Assembly (NCBI GenBank): GCA_964540295.1
Contig: CAZIMT010000001.1
Span: 15,913 to 65,809, forward strand
Source: an uncultured Phycisphaeraceae bacterium
GTDB taxonomy: Bacteria > Planctomycetota > Phycisphaerae > Phycisphaerales > UBA1924
DNA: 49,897 nucleotides
Direction: 5' to 3'
Part shown: one piece after another, positions 23,468 to 31,726 of the stretch
How positions within the stretch are numbered: position 1 is the stretch's first letter
How the letters are laid out: each line of letters opens with the position of its first letter
Position numbers and translations under genes: made by a program
The notes under the pieces: model-generated
Database searches by the model: none
Seen by the model: the letters and a program-made list of their open reading frames with translations, nothing else
What the model was told of the DNA's origin: nothing

Positions 23468-24802
23468 TCACACGCTCGCGGCCAACTCTGGGTGTGCTCG
23501 CTCGTGCGTTCGTTCCGGCGACGGCGCGACAGGACGCTCACGCAGGAGTGAGAAGCTGCGCCGGTGCGGCACGAGCGGGACGTGCTCCTGGAGTTGTACG
23601 CAGACCTCGAAGAACTTGAGCCGCCAGCGGAGCGACCATACGGGCCTCGGGAAGACCTGCCCGGCGAGGATCGAGATGATCGCCGCGTGGACGCGCACCG
23701 GGCCGGTGCCGTTCATGAACAGTTCGCGGAACGAGTGCTTGTAGTACATTCGGATGAGATTCCAGAAGACCGAAGTGCTGCCCTTGATGAACGTTCGGTA
23801 CTGGTGCTGGGCACGCGAGGGCGAGATCGTGCCGCGGAACATGGCATCGGCGAGCGTCGCGGCGTGGTTACCTCCCATCATCGCGAGAGTCACGCCGGTC
23901 GAGAAGATTGGGTCGAGGAAACAGCCCGCGTCGCCGACCATAAAATAGCCGGGCCCGGCGAAGGGCTCGCAGGTGTAGCTGAAGTCCGACAGCACCCGGT
24001 TGTCCGTGCTGCCGACGGCGTTGCGCATGCGATGACGGACCACGGGGCAGCGTGCGATCGCCCACTGAAGGATCTTGTTGGCGGGCACGCCGAGCTCGCG
24101 CACGAAGGAGGGGCGCGTCACGAAGCCCACGCTGGTCTTGTCGGTGCCGATGCCGATGAGCCAGAACCACCCCTCGTCGCTCATGATGATCCCGGGGTGG
24201 CCGCCGTCCTCGCCTTCGAGACGCTCGACGCCGTCGAAGTGCTCAAAATACGCGACTTTCTGGAGTTCGGGCTCGTCAAACGTGCGGCGCTGGCCGAGGT
24301 GTCGGCCCACAACCGTGCCGTGCCCGCTGGCGTCGATAAGCAGTCGCCCATGAACCGGACCGCGGTCGGTGTCGATGGTGACGGCTCCATCGCGCAGCTC
24401 GCGGATCGCGCGTGCGGGTCGGTCCTCGAAGATCATCGCGCCAGCTTTGCGCGCCTCGTTGAGCAGCATCGCGTCAAAGTGCGAGCGTTCGACGTTGAAC
24501 ACCGGGAACCCGGGGAGAAGCCCGTCGGTGAAGCGGAATCGCCGCGTGTTGAAGTCGTCGCCGAAGCCGAACTCGGCACCGTACTTCGGAACGTGCGGGA
24601 GAGCGCGCACCGCCACTTCGAGCCCCAGTTCCTTGATCAGCGGCATGTTGCGGGGCAGGATCGACTCGCCGATGTGAAAGCGAGGGTGCTGGTCCTTCTC
24701 CAGCACGCAAACCCGGTAGCCGTCGCGCGCGAGGCGGAGTGCGGCGATGGAACCTGCCGGGCCGCCGCCAATCACGATGACGTCGTGCCGTTCGTGGGTC
24801 AT
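23468..24802 (-). CDS. FAD-dependent halogenase-like oxidoreductase
   Basis: HDVIVIGGGPAGSIAALRLA is the GxGxxG FAD fold. PRFHIGESILP is present. EGWFWLIG (24152-24169) corresponds to the flavin-halogenase WxWxIP motif, with Gly in place of Pro. MVGDAGCFLDPIFSTGV is the GD / FxDPxFSxGV motif. Confidence 0.75.
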   Translation of the reverse strand: MTHERHDVIVIGGGPAGSIAALRLARDGYRVCVLEKDQHPRFHIGESILPRNMPLIKELGLEVAVRALPHVPKYGAEFGFGDDFNTRRFRFTDGLLPGFPVFNVERSHFDAMLLNEARKAGAMIFEDRPARAIRELRDGAVTIDTDRGPVHGRLLIDASGHGTVVGRHLGQRRTFDEPELQKVAYFEHFDGVERLEGEDGGHPGIIMSDEGWFWLIGIGTDKTSVGFVTRPSFVRELGVPANKILQWAIARCPVVRHRMRNAVGSTDNRVLSDFSYTCEPFAGPGYFMVGDAGCFLDPIFSTGVTLAMMGGNHAATLADAMFRGTISPSRAQHQYRTFIKGSTSVFWNLIRMYYKHSFRELFMNGTGPVRVHAAIISILAGQVFPRPVWSLRWRLKFFEVCVQLQEHVPLVPHRRSFSLLRERPVAPSPERTHERAHPELAASV

Positions 24803-25818
24803 AGGTACTTCCTCCTGGTCATCGACGAGGTTCTTGACGAGCCCGCAGAGGTTTTCAAGGCGGTCTTTCTGGCCACCCTTGCCACCGCTTCGATCTCCAC
24901 CAGCAGCTCACTCCTGCAGAGCTGCGCTGGGAGAATCTCGATCGTTTGCGAATCGGGAAACGAACGCCGCGACCACTCGCGGACGCTTTGTTCGTCCTCG
25001 GCTCTCGCCATGTAGATCCGGGCGTGGTCGACGCGGCGGGGGGGAACGATCAGCCCGTCGGTGTCGGCGTGCTCGATCACGCGAGAGATGTTGTTGATCG
25101 TCGCGTCCCACTGTGCGCGGGCGTCCCCGTCGTGCACGCTCTCTTCTCCGATGACGGCCGCGGTGCCGGAGATGAGAAGCGTGCGGTCTTCATCGTTGAT
25201 CGCCGTGGCACGCGCAAAGCATGGCGGGACACGGCCCCAGCGCGACGAGTAGTGATACGCGGGGATCTGGGCAGGATTCTCGACTGAGATGCCCGCCCGC
25301 TCCATCGCGAGCGCGTGAATGAACAGATCCGTCCCGAGATGGCCCACGCCCGAAGCCGCGGGAGCGTTTGCGGCGATGCCCGCCTTTCCTCTGTGCAAGT
25401 CGGAGAGAGCGGAAAAACGGCCTGCGTTGAAGGTCATATAGCGCGCTTCCCCCCCGGCCATACGGTCGTGGATCCCCGGGATGAAGTTCCACATTCGAAC
25501 GACGTGGCGGTGCGCAGGGGCTTGGAGTGCGCTGTCATGTAGCGCCGACCGAACGAGCGCGTAAGCAGACGCGGTCAGATCGCCGAAGCGACCATCTCGA
25601 ACTTGCCGCGCGCCTTGGACTCGCACACTGACCAGCGTGGCCACAGGCCCGCGCCGGATCCGCGCCGTCATCTGCTGGGTCGAAGTCTCAGGGCACACAA
25701 ACTCTGCGGGCGTGATCTCATCATCGAGCCACGATTCCAGCCAGGGAGGTGGCGCAAGCTCGTCCGTCGGTTCGAACGTCTGCGGCAAAGCATCGAGATG
25801 GCGAGCGTGCGTCGTCAT
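24799..25818 (-). CDS. FkbO/Hyg5/XanB2-family chorismatase (hydroxybenzoate synthase candidate)
   Basis: LISGTAAVIGEESVHDGDARAQWDATINNISRVI matches the family core ISGTASIxGxxxxHxGDxxxQ....NI. Also present are VRMWNFIPGI and YHYSSRWGRVPPCFARAT. It sits between the KS and the halogenase, with 4-nt start/stop overlaps on both sides. Confidence 0.75.
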   Translation of the reverse strand: MTTHARHLDALPQTFEPTDELAPPPWLESWLDDEITPAEFVCPETSTQQMTARIRRGPVATLVSVRVQGARQVRDGRFGDLTASAYALVRSALHDSALQAPAHRHVVRMWNFIPGIHDRMAGGEARYMTFNAGRFSALSDLHRGKAGIAANAPAASGVGHLGTDLFIHALAMERAGISVENPAQIPAYHYSSRWGRVPPCFARATAINDEDRTLLISGTAAVIGEESVHDGDARAQWDATINNISRVIEHADTDGLIVPPRRVDHARIYMARAEDEQSVREWSRRSFPDSQTIEILPAQLCRSELLVEIEAVARVARKTALKTSAGSSRTSSMTRRKYL

Positions 25819-28214
25819 GCGAGGAGTTGGGCGGTATCGTACCGCGAACCCGGCCGGGCGTTCGGTCCTGACTCAACTTCAACCGCGATCCCTGTCGCGA
25901 TTCCTCCCCAGTCGGTCGCGAGCACAGTGAACGAGCCGGTGTTCGTTTGGTCGTGCGGGAATAGCGCCCCCCGAGGTCTCACGCCGAGGCAGGCCGTCGC
26001 GAGGCTCGCGAGCGGGGTCGCCGAATAAAGCTCACCAACGTGACGGTAGACGCTGCCGAGATTTCCTCCGCACTCGGCCGCTTTGATCCCGCTGGCCTCG
26101 GCCTCGTCGAGCCAGGTCCCGCTAGCCGATCCAAGAATGTTGGTGGGCCTACCGAGTTCGACCAGCGCCCCTGCAACCGCCGCGGGCAAGCCCTCTGGTG
26201 AGGCCGTGCGCGACGCACTGCCCATGACGGTCGCGTATCGCTTCGCGCCACGCTCGCGTGCGGCTTCCGCGGATTCGAGTAGTATCGCGACTGACCCGGG
26301 AGAGCTTTGAAATCCTGACGGCAAGGGAGCGTGCGCGAAGTCGCCCTTGAGCGCTTGCAGCCCGCACGCCGTGTAGGCGCGGTCGATGACGGCCTGAGTT
26401 TCTTCGGTCGCGGCGACCAGGACTCGATTGCAATCGCCATTGCGGATCCGAAGCCACGCCAATCGCAGCGCGTCGAGCCCCGAGGTTCGTGTGCCGATAA
26501 TCGTTTGGCAGCCGCCGCAGATCCCGAACGCCGCGCTGACATGGGCCGCGGCCGCGTTCGGCACGCCCTCCGCGAACAGCATCGGATTGGCCGCAAGGAT
26601 CCCTTCACGCACGATCTGTTGGTAGTACTCCAAGCAGTAGTGTGGAGAGCCGTGCATGCTGGCCAGTATGGCCGACATGGCCGAGAGCGCCACAGGCTGA
26701 TCGGAGAGCCCCGCGTCCGCGAGCGCGAGAGTCGCTGCGGCCACGGTCATCTTGACGCACGGGCTCATCCGCCGGGCGCGCCGGACGGTGATAAGCGAGT
26801 CCAATGTCACGTCGTCGATCACGCGGTGGTCGGCGGATCGAGCCATGTCCGACGCGGCCCCGTTCTCCTTCACGAAGACTCGTTGTGCGAGCGCGTCAAG
26901 CGTGCAGATGCCCGGGAGAACGACGCCGAGTCCTGTGATGCACACCTCGTGCGGTTCGATGCTGCGCACGACGTGAAGTGAGACGTCGTTCACGGTCCGC
27001 GCACGCGCGCCCGGGGGTAACAGGACGACGCACGTGTTGGCTCCGCCGAACCCGAGCGAGGTGTTTAGCGTGGCGCGGATTGGACGAGGCTCCGCGACGC
27101 CGACGCTCAGCCGGAGCGAGGGGTACTCGACCTCTTCGCGTGAGACGTTCGCGCACGGCGGGACGACCTGATCGCGCAGCGCGAGTGACGACAAGATCAA
27201 TTCCACCGCGCCCGCCCCGCCCAGCGTGTGCCCGAGGTGGCTCTTGAAACCAACCACCGGCACCTCGGCCGTTCTCGCCCCCAAGGTCGCGGACATTGCG
27301 ATGTACTCCGACGCGTCGTTGTCAGGCGTGCCTGTTGCGTGCGCCGCGATCATGTCGATGTCCCAAGACGTGAGCGAGGCGCGTGCGATCGCGTCGCTCA
27401 TCGCGCGGATTGCGCCGAGGCCCTCGGGATGCGGCTTGGTCAGGTGGTAGGCGTCGGCCGATTCACCCCACCCCGCGACCACCGCGTGCGGCACGGTCCC
27501 TCGACCAGCCGCGTCGCCATGCCGTTCGAGCACGACAACCCCGTACCCCTCGGCCAGCTTCATCCCCTCGCGGCTCTTTGCAAATGGGCGCAGAGGCCCC
27601 TGCGCCACGACACGCAGCGCGTTGAACCCGCCCCACGCGTACTCGCTGATCGTGTCGTACCCGCCAGCCACCACAAGATCCGCAGCGCCGGTTTGCAGGA
27701 GCGTCACTCCCAGCGCGATTGCGCCCAGACTCGACGAGCACGCGGAGCAGGTCGTTGCGGAACCGCCGCCGAGCCCCAGATCGGCCGTCGCGTGCGCGGC
27801 GGTAGCGCCCGCGAGAAAATGCCGAAGTTCCTCGGGGTTGTCGGTACGCAGGAACCTGCCACCGGCGCGGATGCCGTGCAGCGTCGTGCCGAGCATCGTT
27901 GCGCAGCGTTCGGGGCGATACGGGAGTGAGTCCTCAGCGCCAGCCATGCGCAGAGCTTGCCGCACCGCGTACCGCAAGTACCGCGTCTCGCGTGGGAGCT
28001 GCGGCTCAAACTCCGGCGGAAGCTCGGGGGCCTGACCGCCGTCACGGTCAAGTGGCAGCACCGCCTCCATCGCGCTCATCAGACCCGAACCGCATCGGCC
28101 CGCGAGCACCTCGCGCCAGACAGTCTCGGCGTCGAGCCCCAGCGATGAAACCAGGCCGAACCCGGTGATCACAATCGGTTCGCGCGAGCACCGCGGCCCT
28201 GATTCACTCCACAT
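25815..28214 (-). CDS. Fused beta-ketoacyl synthase and chain-length-factor-like didomain (KS-CLF)
   Basis: The N-terminal domain has a complete Cys-His-His triad. It consists of SATTCSAC159SSSLG (Cys codon 27738-27740, minus strand), AAHATGTPDND and FKSHLGHTLGGAG. The second KS-fold domain (from about residue 415) has GGCQTIIGTRTSGLDAL at the equivalent position, with no active-site Cys, and lacks the His motifs. Confidence 0.85.
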   Translation of the reverse strand: MWSESGPRCSREPIVITGFGLVSSLGLDAETVWREVLAGRCGSGLMSAMEAVLPLDRDGGQAPELPPEFEPQLPRETRYLRYAVRQALRMAGAEDSLPYRPERCATMLGTTLHGIRAGGRFLRTDNPEELRHFLAGATAAHATADLGLGGGSATTCSACSSSLGAIALGVTLLQTGAADLVVAGGYDTISEYAWGGFNALRVVAQGPLRPFAKSREGMKLAEGYGVVVLERHGDAAGRGTVPHAVVAGWGESADAYHLTKPHPEGLGAIRAMSDAIARASLTSWDIDMIAAHATGTPDNDASEYIAMSATLGARTAEVPVVGFKSHLGHTLGGAGAVELILSSLALRDQVVPPCANVSREEVEYPSLRLSVGVAEPRPIRATLNTSLGFGGANTCVVLLPPGARARTVNDVSLHVVRSIEPHEVCITGLGVVLPGICTLDALAQRVFVKENGAASDMARSADHRVIDDVTLDSLITVRRARRMSPCVKMTVAAATLALADAGLSDQPVALSAMSAILASMHGSPHYCLEYYQQIVREGILAANPMLFAEGVPNAAAAHVSAAFGICGGCQTIIGTRTSGLDALRLAWLRIRNGDCNRVLVAATEETQAVIDRAYTACGLQALKGDFAHAPLPSGFQSSPGSVAILLESAEAARERGAKRYATVMGSASRTASPEGLPAAVAGALVELGRPTNILGSASGTWLDEAEASGIKAAECGGNLGSVYRHVGELYSATPLASLATACLGVRPRGALFPHDQTNTGSFTVLATDWGGIATGIAVEVESGPNARPGSRYDTAQLLA

Positions 28215-29229
28215 CGGCGCGGTCCTCTTCGAAGGCTGGCGTCAGCACGAGCCACTGCTCTGGGTCGAGAACAACCATCGCTTCGATCGCCCGGCCCACG
28301 GCCTTCGCTCCCTCCTCGATCGCGGATGCCGCGTCGATGTCGTCTCGCAGCACGATCGCCTCGCTCATGCGAAGCACGAACCGATGACGCCCCCGTCCTT
28401 TCACGCCACTCCGAGTCGTGCTTACCGGGATGATCGGACTGCCGGTCAGATGCGCGAGCCGGATCGGCCCCAGCGGGAGCCGCAGGTGCCCGCCGCGGAA
28501 CGGCACGACCTGCGAGCGCTGCCCGGGCATGGCGCGGTCACCCTGCATCACGACGACCTCGTCACGCAGGAGCGCATCGCGCAGCCGGAGCCACGCGTCC
28601 CAACCGTCGTCGATGGCGGCTTCGTGCACGCCGAGTATCTGCCGGAAGTGAGATCGCAGCGACTCAAACAGCGCCGAGCCATCGCGCTTGAATACCACAT
28701 GCACGTTCCGCTCGGGCACGGTGAGCCTGGCTAGGCCGACCTCGAACGAGCCCATGTGCGCGGTCACGATCACGCAGCCGCGTTTGAGCGCGCGGCACGC
28801 GTCGTACCCCTCGCGTCCTTCGACCTTCTCGATGAGCGCGAGCAACTCGGCCGCGGATCGTCGCTGCGATCGACCCATGTCCGCGACAAAGTCGTAAAAG
28901 TTCCCAACCACCGCGAGCGAAAAGCGAAACGCTTGAAGCCATGAGAGCTTTCGGACCATGATCCGCTCGGCGTTCGCACGCGTGCCGCGACGAACGCGAG
29001 GCGAGCAGGCAACGGTCAGAACCACGGCAAGTGGCCGGAGTAGCGCGAGAACCCACGGCGCACGCCTCGAAAGCCCGAACAACGCCCCGAGCCAAACGCG
29101 GACCAGCATCCCCTGGGCTGTTCCCGCGGCAGAGGTGGTGCGATGGGCAACCGCTGGCGGCGATTGAAGTTCGACGACGGGTCGGTTCACGCGATGGTCC
29201 CTTGCCCGTTCAGCGTACGAGCTTTGCAT
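28204..29229 (-). CDS. LpxL/HtrB-family (lysophospholipid / lipid A-type) acyltransferase
   Basis: VIVTAHMGSFEV is the HX4E dyad of the LpxL family. It has an N-terminal TM segment and a family-typical length. The start is uncertain (29229, or Met41 at 29109). Confidence 0.7.
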   Translation of the reverse strand: MQSSYAERARDHRVNRPVVELQSPPAVAHRTTSAAGTAQGMLVRVWLGALFGLSRRAPWVLALLRPLAVVLTVACSPRVRRGTRANAERIMVRKLSWLQAFRFSLAVVGNFYDFVADMGRSQRRSAAELLALIEKVEGREGYDACRALKRGCVIVTAHMGSFEVGLARLTVPERNVHVVFKRDGSALFESLRSHFRQILGVHEAAIDDGWDAWLRLRDALLRDEVVVMQGDRAMPGQRSQVVPFRGGHLRLPLGPIRLAHLTGSPIIPVSTTRSGVKGRGRHRFVLRMSEAIVLRDDIDAASAIEEGAKAVGRAIEAMVVLDPEQWLVLTPAFEEDRADVE

Positions 29230-30112
29230 CGAAAGGCCTCACCAGGCGGGCGTCGGTCGGGGCGCGGAGATCAAGCTGGTCGTCGTCGATGCCCTTGCTC
29301 ACGGCGATCGACGAGAACCGGATTGTCGTGCGTTCGCCGTCGGGATCGGTCACCTCGAAGACCAGCACGGTGCCACGCTCGGCATCCAGCAGCACACGCA
29401 CCGAGCCCACGTGCTTGCGAAGGTCCGACGAGATTGGTGTCAGCTTGACGCCCAGCCTCTGCTCCGCGGCCTGCAGCGGCGCCATCCCTTCGCACGCGTC
29501 CGGCGCGATCGTGAACATCGCGCGAAGTGTTTCCAGCTTCGGCAGCGGCGTGGCCGCCATCGAAGCCAGCCCGCGCTCGATCGAGTACTCCTCGATCACG
29601 TTGCTTTTCACGTAGTACACCCGCATGCTCGCCTGATCGATGCGCATCCGCGTCGCGTCGGGCTCGGTGGTGGACCAGAGCGTGACGCCGCCCTTGGCGA
29701 TCACCTCGCCCTTGCTCACCAGCGGCTCGACCAGCAGTGAGGAGTGTTTCACCTGCTCGAACTTCGCACGCACGTCGGTGATCTTGGCGGCCTTGGCGTC
29801 GATCTCGGCGAGTTGACGATCGAAATCCGTGAGGGACTTAGAATCGGTCGAGGTCGTCAAAGGTGCCGCATCAAAGGTCGGAGGTTCCGCGATCGCAACC
29901 AGAACCGTTTCGTTGCGTGCCGCAGGGACGACGCTCGCAAGCGATGAGCCGCTGGTCGATCCAAGCAACGTGCCGGTAAGCACGAGCAGGCTAGCGCGGA
30001 ACCCCGATCGATGTATAGATGTGGTTCGACGACCACGACCACGACCCGCTTCCGCTTCCGGGCGATCACACGGTTGATCGAGCCTGCGATTCGTGGGAAA
30101 GTTCAGGTCCAT
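29210..30112 (-). CDS. LolA-like outer-membrane lipoprotein-carrier-family protein
   Basis: ATG 30112 lies inside ORF 29210..30301. Using it implies a 47-nt overlap with the upstream ACP-DH gene, so the start is uncertain. The N-terminus has a hydrophobic signal (FRASLLVLTGTLLG). The pattern is LolA-like: VRAKFEQVKHSSLLVEPLVSKGEVIAKGGVTLW...MRIDQASMRVYYVKSNVIEEY. Confidence 0.6.
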   Translation of the reverse strand: MDLNFPTNRRLDQPCDRPEAEAGRGRGRRTTSIHRSGFRASLLVLTGTLLGSTSGSSLASVVPAARNETVLVAIAEPPTFDAAPLTTSTDSKSLTDFDRQLAEIDAKAAKITDVRAKFEQVKHSSLLVEPLVSKGEVIAKGGVTLWSTTEPDATRMRIDQASMRVYYVKSNVIEEYSIERGLASMAATPLPKLETLRAMFTIAPDACEGMAPLQAAEQRLGVKLTPISSDLRKHVGSVRVLLDAERGTVLVFEVTDPDGERTTIRFSSIAVSKGIDDDQLDLRAPTDARLVRPFDAKLVR

Positions 30113-30881
30113 GGAGGTGAATAGTAACCGTTCCGGACGCGACGCAGATCCCCTCGACCTCGGCCGCGACGTCGTACTGGTGCAGGCCCCCCAGTGTGTT
30201 GCGGACCACCGTGCGGAGAGCGATCTGTGCCGGGGGCTTGACCGCGTGCATGAAACGCACGTCCACGTGCGCCAGATGACCGCCGCGCTGGTTCCCCGCA
30301 AGATTACGGGCGGCGTCCGCGCCCGACGCCGCGGTGAGCCCCGCCAGCTGCGCGAGCGCTTCGGAGATCAGCACGCCGGGCACGATCGGCCTGCCCGGGA
30401 AGTGGCCCGTCAAAAAAAACTCGTCCCCCATCACCCGCCAGATCCCGTCGGCGCGGCGGCCCGGATCGATCGAGCGCACTTCGGAGACAAACCGAAACGA
30501 GGGACCGTGTGGCAACGCGGTCAACCACTCCACGCCGCTCCGCACGCTGGACGCCGGTGCTTCAACCGGCCGGGCGTGCTCGCGCGTCTGCTCAACGAAC
30601 GCCACCAAGGTGCCAACGGTTTGAAACGCCGACTTGCTGACCTTGTCGCTCGTGAGCTGAACGCCGAACTCCTTTTCAAGGCTCGTCAGCACCAGCAGGA
30701 TGTCGATGGAATCCATGTCCATGTCGCCGCCGATGAGCACGGTCTGCTCGCTGATCGCCGCGGACGGCCCGAGCTTGAGATCACGGCGCAAGAGCGAAGA
30801 GATTCGATCAAGAAGAGCTTGGTCCACAGCGTCGCTCGGCCTCACAAAGAAAAACCAACGCCGCCCCGCGTGGACGGTCAT
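30066..30881 (-). CDS. Acyl carrier protein fused to a FabZ/FabA-type hot-dog dehydratase (ACP-DH)
   Basis: The N-terminal ACP has GGDMDMDSIDILLVLTSLEKEFGV, a DSx phosphopantetheine site. The C-terminal dehydratase has FLTGHFPGRPIVPGVLISEALAQLAG, matching HFPxxPxxPGVLxxEAxxQ. The ORF opens at TTG 30920, and the first ATG is at 30881. Confidence 0.8.
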   Translation of the reverse strand: MTVHAGRRWFFFVRPSDAVDQALLDRISSLLRRDLKLGPSAAISEQTVLIGGDMDMDSIDILLVLTSLEKEFGVQLTSDKVSKSAFQTVGTLVAFVEQTREHARPVEAPASSVRSGVEWLTALPHGPSFRFVSEVRSIDPGRRADGIWRVMGDEFFLTGHFPGRPIVPGVLISEALAQLAGLTAASGADAARNLAGNQRGGHLAHVDVRFMHAVKPPAQIALRTVVRNTLGGLHQYDVAAEVEGICVASGTVTIHLHGPELSHESQARSTV

Positions 30882-30919
30882 TTCAGCACGCAGGCTACCC
30901 GTTTCGGCGGTCCGGGTCA

Positions 30920-31681
30920 ATGAGCGATAGGCTTCAGGCCAACATCCTAAAGCCCATCGAGCAGCCTCGCCCAGACGCTCGGCCTTCTCGGCGAGCTTCC
31001 ACAGACCCCCGGTCCACCATGAGCACCGCGTTCTACAACCTCTGCAAGCTCGGATGCACGTTCGTGAAGCTTCAATGCGTGCGCGAGTTCGTGCTCGCGC
31101 CCGAGCGGGCGCATAGACCCGGCGGGTTCATCCTGGCCTGCACGCACCTCAGCCATCTCGAGCCGATCATCGTGTCTTGCGCCGTTCGCCGCCATGTGCG
31201 ATGGATGGCCCGCATCGAGTTCTATAAAGCGCGGTGGGGGGCCTCGATGCTGAACTGGGGAGGGGCTTTCCCGGTCGATCGATTTGGGTTTTCACTGCCC
31301 GCCGTACGCAACGCGATCCGGCTCGCGTCGCAGGGCGAGGTCGTCGGGATCTTTCCTGAGGGCGAAGTCTCCAAGGGCGAGCGCTCGGCCCTGCGCGGCG
31401 CGGCGATCAAACGCGGCGTCTGCGCCGTCGCCATTCACGCGAAGGTTCCCGTGGTCCCCGTCGTCGTGCTCGGCACGGACAAACTCAACCGTGTGCCGCC
31501 CTGGCTGCCATTCAAACGAGCCCGCGTTTGGATCGCGTTCGGAAACGAAATCGTGCCTGACCTCGCATTGCACCGCCGAGCGGCTCGCTTCGAGATGGCC
31601 GACCGGCTCCGCGCTGAGTACGTTCGCACCTACCGCGAATTGCTTCAGGCCGCGGGCCTACGCGATGATCAGGTCCCGTAG
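30920..31681 (+). CDS. PlsC-family 1-acyl-glycerol-3-phosphate-type acyltransferase (HX4E variant)
   Basis: CTHLSHLEP gives H-X4-E at 31145-31162. The FPEGEVSKG block III motif and VPVVPVVV are present. An alternative start at ATG 31019 (MSTAFYNL) would leave a more normal divergent intergenic gap. Confidence 0.7.
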   Translation: MSDRLQANILKPIEQPRPDARPSRRASTDPRSTMSTAFYNLCKLGCTFVKLQCVREFVLAPERAHRPGGFILACTHLSHLEPIIVSCAVRRHVRWMARIEFYKARWGASMLNWGGAFPVDRFGFSLPAVRNAIRLASQGEVVGIFPEGEVSKGERSALRGAAIKRGVCAVAIHAKVPVVPVVVLGTDKLNRVPPWLPFKRARVWIAFGNEIVPDLALHRRAARFEMADRLRAEYVRTYRELLQAAGLRDDQVP

Positions 31682-31726
31682 AAGCGCCCCTGAACCGACC
31701 CAGCGACTGAACCGATCGTCTCCGCC

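Noticed and set aside
23564-25015. 483-aa plus-strand ORF
   Set aside because: It is antisense to the halogenase-like and chorismatase genes, both of which have strong family motifs and operonic start/stop coupling on the minus strand.
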